NCBI GenBank assembly: GCA_964389655.1
Contig: CAYMED010000010.1
Location: 1-64,000, forward strand
From: an uncultured Candidatus Poseidoniales archaeon
GTDB lineage: Archaea; Thermoplasmatota; Poseidoniia; Poseidoniales; CAYMED01
Direction: 5' to 3'
DNA: 64,000 nucleotides
Of this stretch, positions 37,736-47,304 are shown one piece after another; position 1 is the first letter of the stretch, and each line of letters starts with the position of its first letter. The notes beneath the pieces are model-generated. The model was given only the letters and a program-made list of their open reading frames with translations, ran no database searches and was not told the origin of the DNA. The position numbers and the translations under genes were made by a program.

Positions 37736-38296
37736 GTGACGACGAGGTCAATGCTTGACCTTGAGGCTGCTGCCAATATCGGTGAGGCATTTGGAGTCAT
37801 TGCAATTCTCCTGACCCTCCTGTTTGGTATCAGGCAGATGCGGGAAATAAACAGAAACCGAAAATACGAAATCGCTCAAACCATTGCAGCATCGCTGGAA
37901 AATCCATTGGTACAAAGGGGATTTTCCGTCTACTCGAACCAGATGCATAAAGATAGCACAATTGAAGAACTCGCAGCTCTTTCTAGAGAAGAAAAAGATG
38001 CCATAAACGCAGTCGCAATTCTCATGTCCAATCACGCCATTATGACATACTATAGGCATTTGTCATTCGAAATTGTCTCAGCATTCTACAAGGGATATTT
38101 GCCGTTAATATCACCTGGGCTAAGGCGAACGATGCAGTTAATAGAAGATATGTATGTCCATGTAGATCGGATTCAGATTACTTCTGAAACTGGATTTGGA
38201 ATGTTTCATTGGGTTGTGTGGTTGCTTGACAGGATGGAAGAGAATCCAATTGGAAGGGTAAAGCCGCATGTTGTCCACCGAAATTGGAAACCTTGA
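37736..38296 (+). CDS. Hypothetical protein with N-terminal TM (DUF4760-like)
   Basis: N-terminal TM followed by QMRE..RNRK and a helical domain; the family call is weak. Confidence 0.5.
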   Translation: MTTRSMLDLEAAANIGEAFGVIAILLTLLFGIRQMREINRNRKYEIAQTIAASLENPLVQRGFSVYSNQMHKDSTIEELAALSREEKDAINAVAILMSNHAIMTYYRHLSFEIVSAFYKGYLPLISPGLRRTMQLIEDMYVHVDRIQITSETGFGMFHWVVWLLDRMEENPIGRVKPHVVHRNWKP

Positions 38297-38322
38297 GGAC
38301 ATCTAGCAGAATCGTTTTGACC

Positions 38323-39633
38323 TTATGCACCCGCTTGGTGCCATCTCCCTTGGAAGGTATTATCGGTATTATCGACATGAACAAATAACGAGAATGCAGT
38401 CCAAACTAGGGTGTTAAAACCGTCTCCCAATTCATCCTCGCCACCCGCTTTAGCCACCATAAAGTCAAGATTATCAGAGACACTATGCCATTCCTGCCAA
38501 AAAGAAGCATCACCCCCTGCGCTAAAGAAATTAAACGTTGCAAAATCATGAGTGAAAAAAGAGCAGTGATCACTTGCACAAGTCTCTTCGGACAACCAAA
38601 AGATGTCATTAGCAGGAGAATCATGAAAATTCATTTCATCTTCAACAACCAAGCGGATCCATTCAAGCATTTTTGAGAGGTTTTCATCTGAGGCTCCAGC
38701 TGTAGCAATTGAGAGATCATAAGGTCCATAGCCGGGTGGGGGAATGATTGGATAATTTAGAGAAACCATGTCAAAATTTAGGTAAGCTTTCACGGCTTTA
38801 TCATCTGGTAAGTGATTGACAAAAGCGGCGCTGCCAAGCAAGCCCTCTTCTTCACAGGCCCAAAGTGCAGCAACCACAGTGTGGTCCCATTCTCTAGAAG
38901 CAATTGCTTGTGCAACTTCCATCGACACGGTAGAACCACTGGTATCGTCATTTGCCCCTTCCGAAGTCCCTCCACCTGGTGGGGTAAAGGCATATCCAAC
39001 ATCAAAATGACCACCTAAAATGATATACTGATCGGGATACATCTTGCCATATTTGTAACCAACGACATTGAGTTGATCTGGATCATCATCGTAGCGAGTG
39101 ACCTCAACAAAATCAAAGCCATAAGTTTCCCAAATAGCCTTCATTCCTTCTGCTGCCGCCTCATAACTTGCGCCGCCTTCATGGATGGATGCAGATGCAC
39201 ACCACCGGTTATTCCAATCCGTAGTCAACATATCAATCGTATCAAATGCTCTTCGACCATCTAAAAACATCATTTCACTGCTATCTTCAAGGGAAATCGT
39301 TGAATTCCAGGACAGATCTCCAGCAATGATTTTGAGTTCGACATCTGAGCGCTCAGTATCGAGAATTAACAATTCCAAGGTCTTTTGAGATGGTGGAAAA
39401 GAGATATCTCGGGCATCACGAAATATTCCCTCTTGATCAACAAAGAAGAGACCATCAGACCTGTTCGCAACCCACTCAACACTAGAATCAACGTCAATTA
39501 TCAGGAATTGGCCACGAGCCGCCGTGGAGATCTCTTCAACGATTAATTTAGGAATGATTTCGGAATCATCTTTGCCAAAGCAACCACTGAGTGTTGCGAG
39601 GAAAATGATCAATGCTAGAGATATTGGACGCAT
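38323..39633 (-). CDS. M28 family zinc aminopeptidase, lipoprotein
   Basis: Lipobox LSGC; GGHFD, GANDDTSG, EEEGLLGS, NFDM, SDH, WH. Confidence 0.9.
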   Translation of the reverse strand: MRPISLALIIFLATLSGCFGKDDSEIIPKLIVEEISTAARGQFLIIDVDSSVEWVANRSDGLFFVDQEGIFRDARDISFPPSQKTLELLILDTERSDVELKIIAGDLSWNSTISLEDSSEMMFLDGRRAFDTIDMLTTDWNNRWCASASIHEGGASYEAAAEGMKAIWETYGFDFVEVTRYDDDPDQLNVVGYKYGKMYPDQYIILGGHFDVGYAFTPPGGGTSEGANDDTSGSTVSMEVAQAIASREWDHTVVAALWACEEEGLLGSAAFVNHLPDDKAVKAYLNFDMVSLNYPIIPPPGYGPYDLSIATAGASDENLSKMLEWIRLVVEDEMNFHDSPANDIFWLSEETCASDHCSFFTHDFATFNFFSAGGDASFWQEWHSVSDNLDFMVAKAGGEDELGDGFNTLVWTAFSLFVHVDNTDNTFQGRWHQAGA

Positions 39634-39766
39634 ATCCTCACCACAATTAACCCGAGGTTATGTTTCTGTATAGGTCAAAATATTAAATTATATGTTATAG
39701 GATAAAAAGTGCATATAATGTGAGAAAATTTCTACATATGCCAACTAAAAAGCACATCGCACAACA

Positions 39767-40675
39767 TCACGGTGATCCCAATATCCGATCATTTCCAGTG
39801 TACACATTGAAGCGATCTTCACTGAGAAAACCTACCAACGTCAGCCCATACTTTGTTGCAAGAGAAATGGCTGCTGAAGAAGGGGCGCCAATTGCGGCAG
39901 CAAGCGGAATACCCGCCATGATTGCTTTCAAAACAAGTTCATGGGAGGCCCGACCTGACCACAACACACCCCTACCCGAAAGGGGCCAATTTCCAGCGGC
40001 ACCAAAGGCGCGTCCAACTATTTTGTCCATCGCATTGTGCCTTCCAACGTCCTCTGCATGGTCAAGAAGAGTACCTGTTTCGTCAAACCAAGCCGCTGCA
40101 TGGAGCCCACCGGTATGCGCAAACACATCCTGTGCAGATTTCAGGCGTGCGGGCAGATGAAGAAGAATTTCACGAGATATGGAATTCATGAAAGTAAGTT
40201 CGGGAGGATTTGGCGCATCAAATGCATTGGCATCAATGCGCCCGCATAGACCACAAGCCGACATTGAAGCAGTTGCTGAGCGAACTCGTGAGAGGTCACG
40301 TGCAGAGTCAGCGCTCAAGAAAATCTTGACGTGTGCGAGTTGTGATCCTCGTACTGGTTCTGTTCGAACTCGTAACACTTCAGTTACGGACCTGATGAGG
40401 CCTTCAGAAACCAACCATCCCAATGCAAGATCACGATCAGAGCCAGGAGTTCGGAGAATGCAGGCAAGCGGTTCATCAGAAGGGCGAGAACCTTCAACTT
40501 CGAGATAAATCGCTAGAGGTGACTCAACAGCAACTCGATCTAATTGTTCACCAGATGCATCGTTGGAAATGCGGACGATGGAAACTTCAGCATGGGTATC
40601 CGAGGAATCCATACCCTCGGGAATGGGGGTGGATTGATGAGAATTAGTGTGAAATAGATCATCCTTAAGCGTCAT
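39767..40675 (-). CDS. fdhD: Formate dehydrogenase accessory sulfurtransferase FdhD
   Basis: VESPL, RTPG.D..LALGWL.SEG, SACGLCG, TGGLHAA, EDVGRHNAMDK, APSS.A. Confidence 0.92.
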   Translation of the reverse strand: MTLKDDLFHTNSHQSTPIPEGMDSSDTHAEVSIVRISNDASGEQLDRVAVESPLAIYLEVEGSRPSDEPLACILRTPGSDRDLALGWLVSEGLIRSVTEVLRVRTEPVRGSQLAHVKIFLSADSARDLSRVRSATASMSACGLCGRIDANAFDAPNPPELTFMNSISREILLHLPARLKSAQDVFAHTGGLHAAAWFDETGTLLDHAEDVGRHNAMDKIVGRAFGAAGNWPLSGRGVLWSGRASHELVLKAIMAGIPLAAAIGAPSSAAISLATKYGLTLVGFLSEDRFNVYTGNDRILGSP

Positions 40676-41451
40676 GCCAGCATTCCAACCATCTCAAATA
40701 CGCGCCGGGTCGCTGCAATGATGAGAACAAGAACAAGCAATTTTCGAATGACCTGTTGTGATGCCGCATCAGCACCATACCGTGAACCAAAAAATCCTCC
40801 GATCAAAACTGCACCGGCAAATGGCAAAATAATCGAAGATTCAAGGCTCAATTGCCCCGAAAGGCTGGCACCCGCAAGACCCGCCGCTGAATTGACCCAG
40901 ATGAATAGGGCAGAAGTTGCAGCTGTTGTCTTAGGCGTGGCCCATTTGTTTAGGAGAATGATGGGTGAAAGGAAAATCCCCCCACCCACCCCAATTACGC
41001 CGCTGGCAAGTCCGATTAAGCCTCCAGCCAAGATGGATGTCTTCAGATCCGGAGATGAATAGACATCAAGAACATCCGACTCTTTTCGAACAAGAGAGAG
41101 GCGCCATGCAGCCCAGACAAGCGTGATTGAGAGCAAGATGTCATAGAATTCACCATCAATTCTCAGAAAACCTCCCAAGAATGCAGACGGGATGCTCGCT
41201 ATGATAAATGGAAATGTCAATTTCCAATCATGATGATTTGCTTGTTTATAATGCCAAAATGCTAACGAGGCAACGATCAGATTCAGACACCATACGTGTT
41301 GTTTGAGCCAGGCAGGGTCATGCAAACCATAGGCAGTAAGAGAAAGAACGGCTAGATATCCAGATGCACCTCCATGGCCAACCGTGCTGTATAGAAAGGC
41401 AACGAATGCTAGCGAGACCAAAATGAGGACAAACTCAAATTCCAAACTCAC
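40672..41451 (-). CDS. TSUP/TauE/SafE family sulfur-compound transporter
   Basis: YSTVGHGGASGY and GVGGGIFLSP repeats; about 8 TM; overlaps the fdhD start. Confidence 0.88.
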   Translation of the reverse strand: MSLEFEFVLILVSLAFVAFLYSTVGHGGASGYLAVLSLTAYGLHDPAWLKQHVWCLNLIVASLAFWHYKQANHHDWKLTFPFIIASIPSAFLGGFLRIDGEFYDILLSITLVWAAWRLSLVRKESDVLDVYSSPDLKTSILAGGLIGLASGVIGVGGGIFLSPIILLNKWATPKTTAATSALFIWVNSAAGLAGASLSGQLSLESSIILPFAGAVLIGGFFGSRYGADAASQQVIRKLLVLVLIIAATRRVFEMVGMLA

Positions 41452-42137
41452 ACCAGCCCATCATGGGGTGCAATAGATGGGAGGATTTCTTCTAACCACA
41501 GGCGCAAATCTTCAATCTCTTGAGGTAATACCTCATGAGCCATTTGATACGTGTTAAATTGCGTTGGCCAGCCATGCTCATCAAGAAATTCCGCAGATAG
41601 ACGGCCTCCATCATATGGTACCATAGGGTCATAGGTTCCATGACAAATCAGAACAGGGGTTTTGCGATTTTCTTCACTTGAGGCGTCAAGATGTTCCTCA
41701 TTGAACAAGAGATAACCAGAAAGACAGGCCATGCCAGCTAAACGGTGAGAAAAACGACAGCCAGTGTACAGCGACATCGCACCCCCTTGACTAAAGCCAA
41801 CTAATGCAATTCTGTCATACGGGACTCCACGCATGTGCTCATTCTCGATGATCTGTTCAATAAGTGCTGCTGATTCTGCTGATTCATTAGGGCATTCACG
41901 CTCCCCACTCTCAGATCCACCGCCAATATATCGGATATCGAACCATGAGCGCATTCTCATCCCATCATTGAGAGTCACGCGGCGAACGGGTGCATGGGGT
42001 AAAACCACTCGCAGGTCTGGGCGCTGTATCCATGGAATAATAGGCGAGAAGTCATGTCCATCTGCACCTAGCCCATGCATCCAAATGATCGATCCAGTTG
42101 CACCCTCTCCACCAATCTCAATACATTCTAGACTCAA
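41448..42137 (-). CDS. Carboxylesterase/phospholipase (alpha/beta hydrolase 2)
   Basis: HGLGADG, RVTLNDGMRMRSWFDI, GFSQGG, HGTYD, MAHEV. Confidence 0.9.
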   Translation of the reverse strand: MSLECIEIGGEGATGSIIWMHGLGADGHDFSPIIPWIQRPDLRVVLPHAPVRRVTLNDGMRMRSWFDIRYIGGGSESGERECPNESAESAALIEQIIENEHMRGVPYDRIALVGFSQGGAMSLYTGCRFSHRLAGMACLSGYLLFNEEHLDASSEENRKTPVLICHGTYDPMVPYDGGRLSAEFLDEHGWPTQFNTYQMAHEVLPQEIEDLRLWLEEILPSIAPHDGLV

Positions 42138-42868
42138 CGTACCACCTCAGGAGCAAGTGAAAGAAGGGTTTCCCAATCATATACCATATATTGGATCTCA
42201 GGCTCACATTCTTGAAGCCAATCAGATAGGTCACGAGGCAAGTATTCAGTCAAGAAAGAGAGGACGCCTGCTTTGCCTCCGAAGTCCTTTTTGTACCATC
42301 GAAAAATACGAGAGATCTTCAAAATGTTTTCCGACTTTTTTGGGATTGCACCTATCGGGCTTGAAAGAAAAAGTTGTGTCGCAGAACGAAGTTCTTCATC
42401 GAGAGTAGCACCCCTGTACAATCCTTCTCTCAATGGAGGGCAAGATGCAGCTCCACAATTGAGGGCGAAATGGATACGCGGTTCATCGAATCCCTTCCGG
42501 ATCCATCTGTGCTCCAATTTGGAAAGGCTGACGCGGTATTTCCCAATACGAACACGACGAGCAAGGAAAAATCGAATAAACATGAATGGAGAACGAACGC
42601 CGCGCTTGGCAAAAGTCCTAGATCGCTGTTTGAGATCTACAACTGCGTCAATAACTGAAAGGTTGTATGCATTGATCAAAAAGGCAAGTCGGTCATTCTG
42701 ATCGGGAATTGAAAACGGATCTGTGTCACGAATCCACTCCATACGCTCAGCGAGATCCGAGCGAACAGCGAGTTCGGGAGTATTGCTTTGAACACCATTT
42801 TTTCCGAACAGAGAGGCAAGCCCATGACTGCCTCCCATGTCTATTCGGCGAACCATGGGGGTGATCAT
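42134..42868 (-). CDS. DUF547 domain protein
   Basis: LAFLINAYN, LEH, EPRIHFALNCGAASCPPL, SRIFRWY..DF, YDW. Confidence 0.88.
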   Translation of the reverse strand: MITPMVRRIDMGGSHGLASLFGKNGVQSNTPELAVRSDLAERMEWIRDTDPFSIPDQNDRLAFLINAYNLSVIDAVVDLKQRSRTFAKRGVRSPFMFIRFFLARRVRIGKYRVSLSKLEHRWIRKGFDEPRIHFALNCGAASCPPLREGLYRGATLDEELRSATQLFLSSPIGAIPKKSENILKISRIFRWYKKDFGGKAGVLSFLTEYLPRDLSDWLQECEPEIQYMVYDWETLLSLAPEVVR

Positions 42869-42914
42869 TCTGTCGGGCGAATACCCTTACATGAACTGAG
42901 CCAATCACCATTGC

Positions 42915-43592
42915 ATGGACCGGGGACATCTCATCGCCGGGATCGCAATTCTGATTGCAGGACTGGCAATTATTGCGAGCTATGGAGCAGATCCAACTCT
43001 TTGGATTGATCCTGAGCACCCTATTGGACCGATCGCCTTTGCTGGATTGTATGCTGCACTTGTGGTAGTGCTAGTGCCTGGTTCTGCTCTTACACTTGCT
43101 GCCGGGGCATTGTATGGCCCATGGATCGGGATTCTGGTGGTCATTTTTGGTGCATCCATTGGAGCCCTACTTGCATTTGGCTTAGCACGATCTGGCCGAA
43201 CTTGGATTGGCCCCCGCATGGGTGAAGTCAATCGATACCTTTCCGCTCTCGATGCTGCAATCGCTTCGGATGGATTGAGAGTGGGATTGCTTCTCCGCCT
43301 CTCCCCTTTGGTCCCATTTTCCCTCCTCAACCACGCACTAGGAGCAAGCAACATGCGATTCAGAGATGCTGTAATTTCATTGATTGCCATGCTCCCTGCT
43401 ATCACCGTCTACGTACTTACCGGGCATCTTGCGGGAAGTTTTCTGCGTGCGTCGAGAGGCCAACTTGAAGCACCCACAGAGGCTGCACTCGTATTGAACA
43501 TCATAGGACTCATAGCAACAATCACAGTGAGTATGCGATTAACCCGGCTTGCGAGAGAACATTTGGCCGACCTAGTCGATGAAGAAGAATGA
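42915..43592 (+). CDS. DedA/TVP38/TMEM64 family membrane protein
   Basis: PGSALTLAAGALYG, LLRLSPLVPFSLLN. Confidence 0.88.
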   Translation: MDRGHLIAGIAILIAGLAIIASYGADPTLWIDPEHPIGPIAFAGLYAALVVVLVPGSALTLAAGALYGPWIGILVVIFGASIGALLAFGLARSGRTWIGPRMGEVNRYLSALDAAIASDGLRVGLLLRLSPLVPFSLLNHALGASNMRFRDAVISLIAMLPAITVYVLTGHLAGSFLRASRGQLEAPTEAALVLNIIGLIATITVSMRLTRLAREHLADLVDEEE

Positions 43593-43634
43593 AAATTCCA
43601 AATCACCTGCCGCGCAGACCTCATATGTCACCGT

Positions 43635-44162
43635 TTGGGACAGCACATTATGGCTGAAGGGACCATTTCAATTGCGGGGCGCCTGATTCGGCGCCTCAGG
43701 GTCCTAAACGGGACTATTTCAACTGCTGAATCATGCACTGGTGGGCTTCTCTCATCGACACTCACAGACCTCAGTGGTGCCAGTCAGTGGTTCAGCCACG
43801 GGTGGATCGCCTACTCAAATGAGGCAAAGATGGGAACTCTGGGCGTTGACCCTGCACTCCTAGAAGCACATGGAGCAGTTTCGGCTCAAGTTGCAGAGGC
43901 GATGGCGGTGGGAGCTCTCAGGCGATCTGGGGCAATGCTTGCACTTTCAATAACCGGAATTGCTGGCCCCCTTGGTGAAGGGACATCAAAGCCGGTGGGT
44001 ATGGTGTATGTAGGCATAGCATCTGAAGAAGGAATTTGGGTTCGGAGGCATGAATCCTATGGCACAAGGGCAGAGAACCGAATCGCATTCATAGAATTCA
44101 CAATGCGTACTGCGATTGATTTCCTAGACAAAGGACCGATGTTTTCGGACGCGGAGGAATGA
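43635..44162 (+). CDS. cinA: CinA C-terminal domain / NMN deamidase PncC
   Basis: TAESCTGG, YSNEAK, GAVS..VA..MA.G, SITGIAGP, KPVG.VY. Confidence 0.9.
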   Translation: MGQHIMAEGTISIAGRLIRRLRVLNGTISTAESCTGGLLSSTLTDLSGASQWFSHGWIAYSNEAKMGTLGVDPALLEAHGAVSAQVAEAMAVGALRRSGAMLALSITGIAGPLGEGTSKPVGMVYVGIASEEGIWVRRHESYGTRAENRIAFIEFTMRTAIDFLDKGPMFSDAEE

Positions 44163-44187
44163 TATTCTTGATCGATACGCCACTTCT

Positions 44188-44826
44188 ATGCAAACCGAGT
44201 GGGAACAAGTACACGTCAGCAATCATCCATTGATTATTGATCACTTAACGAAGTTGAGGGACCACTCAACAACAAGTGGGCAGTTCAGGGATCACGTTAC
44301 TAGAATTGCTCATCACCTAATCCATGAAGCAACTCAAGATCTCCCCACTGTTGCTGAAGAAATTGAAACCCCACTCGAGCGCACAGAAGGGCGAGTATTG
44401 GCAGATAGCATTGGAGTTGTGCCAATTCTTCGAGCAGGACTGGGAATGGTTGAGGCTGCTCAGCAGGCCCTACCTGAAGCATCGGTCCTGCACCTGGGAT
44501 TGAGTAGGAATGAGGAAACCCTCCAACCAATCACATACTATGACAATCTACCCACGCCGCCAAGCGTTGCCCGTGCATTTATCCTAGACCCCATGCTTGC
44601 AACTGGTGGGACGGCATCGGCTGCTGCACAGCGGTTACGATCTTCAGGAATTCGACAAATTTGCTTCATAGGAATCGTGGGGTGTCCTGAAGGCATAGAA
44701 AAACTCCTTGAATCATCACCAAATATCAAAATCCATCTTGCATCTATTGATCGTCAACTCGATGAACGTGGATACATTGTTCCTGGACTCGGCGATGCAG
44801 GGGATAGAATGTTCGCCACTTTATGA
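44188..44826 (+). CDS. upp: Uracil phosphoribosyltransferase
   Basis: VPILRAGLGM, LDPMLATGG, GYIVPGLGDAGDR. Confidence 0.96.
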   Translation: MQTEWEQVHVSNHPLIIDHLTKLRDHSTTSGQFRDHVTRIAHHLIHEATQDLPTVAEEIETPLERTEGRVLADSIGVVPILRAGLGMVEAAQQALPEASVLHLGLSRNEETLQPITYYDNLPTPPSVARAFILDPMLATGGTASAAAQRLRSSGIRQICFIGIVGCPEGIEKLLESSPNIKIHLASIDRQLDERGYIVPGLGDAGDRMFATL

Positions 44827-46436
44827 CGAATCTTCTTGGACTATATCGTGAACGGCCAAAAGTGCCTCCGATTGACTGGCCCCGCGTCGTGAGTGCACTC
44901 GGCCAGTACGGCTGGATCCTGACGGCCAGTGGGCGCAAAAAGATCGAATCCATCGGATCATCAGAATGGCTAACCGAAGCACTAGTTATGCAAAGGGGTG
45001 ATGGGGGGATTGCAGATCAAAAAATCATTGAGTCTTGGTGGAATCAACACCACGCGGATTCTAGCAAGCAAAAACCAGTCAAAAACCTGCCATCAAATGG
45101 CTATGGTCGGGTTCTTGCCCCTTTTTCAGACGCTCCTGTCCCATCCCCCCAACCACCCCTATTAGGAGATCATCGGTTAGCGGATTTCCCTACACACGCA
45201 TCAGATGTTGACATTGACCTCACAATCCACTACGACATCACTGGACGTAGCCGGACTGAAGGGAAATTACACAATATCAGATCTCTCTTCACCAGTCGGA
45301 TTGAGCGCATACGAAAAATGATACGTCGGACAGGTGATCTCGAATCACGACCGATCAGTGTGCATGAATTATGGGATAATGCGGGCAAATATTCTCAACC
45401 AGATCAACGTGCAGTGATAGTGGGGATTGTCCAAAATGTTCGCACAACGAAAAATGGCCACCTCATGTTTGAATTGGAAGACGAATCATCATCTGTAAAT
45501 TGCATCATATACAAACGGGATCAGGATCCAAATGACATTGTTCATGTTGGACTCATGAATGATGACGTCATTGGCCTACGCGGTGGATTTAACCGGAAAA
45601 GGGACTTATTTCAGGCAGATGAACCGTATTTCCCCCCACTTCCGCGGAAAAAGAAAAAGCGATCAGAGGTGGGAATATCTGTCGCCTTTCTATCAGATAT
45701 CCATGTCGGGTCGAAGACATTCTTAGAGCAACAATGGCACAAAATGACTGAGTGGTTTCGCACCGATCCTCTCGCTCGGACAATCAAGTACCTCATCCTA
45801 TCGGGTGATGTCGTCGATGGAGTCGGAGTATATCCTGGACAAGACCGTGAACTCAACATTCCCGACTTATTCAATCAATATGACCACCTTGCACGTTTGC
45901 TAGAGGACATGCCTGACTGGGTTGAAGTGATGATATTACCTGGCAATCACGATGCGGTTCGCCCTCAAGAACCACAACCAGCATTGGATCCAGACATCCA
46001 ACAGTCATTCAACTCCACGACATTTGTCGGAAACCCTTGCGACTTTAGCCTACATGGGCTACGATTGCTATCGTATCATGGAAAATCAATCGACGATTTC
46101 GTGGGACGGCTGAGAAATGTGGATTATGGTTGTCCTGTAGAAGCAATGCGGGAGATGCTCAGGCGCCGCCATCTTGCTCCAACCTGGGGAGGAAAGACCC
46201 CTCTTTCTCCTGAGCCTGAAGATGATCTAGTTATTCGAGATGTACCGGACATATTTGTTACCGGGCATGTGCATGGGCATCACTGTGAGCCACATAAGGG
46301 GACCACACTGATTTGCTCATCGACTTGGCAAGATCAAACCGATTATCAACGAACTCTAGGTTTTCAACCCAAGCCATGTATTCTAACAATTGTCAATTTA
46401 GGGACACGCGCAACGACATCCATTCCATTCGCTTAA
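44823..46436 (+). CDS. polB: DNA polymerase D small subunit DP1 (proofreading exonuclease)
   Basis: OB fold (TKNGH..FELED), SDIHVGSK.F, GDVVDGVGVYPGQ, PGNHD, YHG, RRHLAP, GHVH, STWQ.QT. Confidence 0.95.
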   Translation: MTNLLGLYRERPKVPPIDWPRVVSALGQYGWILTASGRKKIESIGSSEWLTEALVMQRGDGGIADQKIIESWWNQHHADSSKQKPVKNLPSNGYGRVLAPFSDAPVPSPQPPLLGDHRLADFPTHASDVDIDLTIHYDITGRSRTEGKLHNIRSLFTSRIERIRKMIRRTGDLESRPISVHELWDNAGKYSQPDQRAVIVGIVQNVRTTKNGHLMFELEDESSSVNCIIYKRDQDPNDIVHVGLMNDDVIGLRGGFNRKRDLFQADEPYFPPLPRKKKKRSEVGISVAFLSDIHVGSKTFLEQQWHKMTEWFRTDPLARTIKYLILSGDVVDGVGVYPGQDRELNIPDLFNQYDHLARLLEDMPDWVEVMILPGNHDAVRPQEPQPALDPDIQQSFNSTTFVGNPCDFSLHGLRLLSYHGKSIDDFVGRLRNVDYGCPVEAMREMLRRRHLAPTWGGKTPLSPEPEDDLVIRDVPDIFVTGHVHGHHCEPHKGTTLICSSTWQDQTDYQRTLGFQPKPCILTIVNLGTRATTSIPFA

Positions 46437-46542
46437 ATTGTGGATGAAGAAATCGGGAAATACTTCCTCGGGGGAAGCCATAACGAGCACCTTGAATGAA
46501 ATAAAAAGTGTGCAACAACATTTACTCCACTCGCTAAGAGAG

Positions 46543-47202
46543 TCAAGACAACAATATTGCCTCTTGTAAATCCCCCACTTCTTCTCTCTCAAACACAGGG
46601 AAGCCTGCTTCTAGAAAAGCCATTTCATCGACACTAGAGGGGGGGTTGAAGCCAAAAAATGCCCCTCCTGCGCGCTGCATCGAAAGATCGGTTTGTGTAT
46701 CTCCAACACTTGCAAGGTCTGATGAATGAAACCCATGAATCTGAAACAATTCCCTAATTGCTTGATCCTTGGACTTGGCAGGGACGCGGACAATCCCCTC
46801 GTCCTCAAGGTGGCCATCCTCATCAAATGCGAAGCCATTTGCGACCCAATCATCTACTTTGAGCATCTCTGCGACCATTCCAACAAAGAGATCAACACCT
46901 GCCGAAATGATCGCAACAAAAATTCCTTTTTCTCGCAATGTGGATACAAGATCTCGCATGCCAGGCATCAATTTGCAACCTGAATATATTCGAGCAAGGT
47001 CATCGCGATGAATGGGTCCAGAAGCGGCTTCTTTCCAGCGCTCGATATCACTGCGCATGAACATCGAATCATCGATATCTCCGGCAATAAAGCGCGCATA
47101 CAAGTCCTTTGACTCGGTACCAAAATGGTTGTGGATGGTACGCCAAGAGGACATTGAATCAACCAATACCCCATCGCAATCGAAAGCAACAACTCGAACC
47201 AT
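46543..47202 (-). CDS. HAD-superfamily phosphatase (phosphoserine phosphatase-like)
   Basis: FDCDGVL, ISAG, K, VGDTQTD; start at ATG 47202 with AGGAGG upstream. Confidence 0.85.
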   Translation of the reverse strand: MVRVVAFDCDGVLVDSMSSWRTIHNHFGTESKDLYARFIAGDIDDSMFMRSDIERWKEAASGPIHRDDLARIYSGCKLMPGMRDLVSTLREKGIFVAIISAGVDLFVGMVAEMLKVDDWVANGFAFDEDGHLEDEGIVRVPAKSKDQAIRELFQIHGFHSSDLASVGDTQTDLSMQRAGGAFFGFNPPSSVDEMAFLEAGFPVFEREEVGDLQEAILLS

Positions 47203-47236
47203 CACAAACCTCCTACCAGTGACTGCAATATTGGAG

Positions 47237-47292
47237 GCTGCCCGAGCCGGTATCTGCCCGGCTCGGGACAGCGGTAGCAGCCGGAAGGCTGC
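47237..47292. other. Twin GC-rich stem-loops downstream of the giant gene (candidate terminator/processing/stability element)
   Basis: CCCGAGCCGG(47241-50)-7 nt loop-CCGGCTCGGG(47258-67), extendable by GCTG/CAGC, and GCAGCC-GGAA-GGCTGC (47277-92). Confidence 0.55.
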
Positions 47293-47304
47293 AAATTTTA
47301 CCAA

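Noticed and set aside
46437-46542. C/D box sRNA between the convergent DP1 and HAD genes
   Set aside because: A C-box-like ATGAAGA is present but no CTGA D box follows.
47271-47295. SRP RNA helix 8 (GGAA tetraloop)
   Set aside because: The stem is perfectly paired, lacks the conserved internal loop, and the spacer is too short for archaeal SRP RNA.
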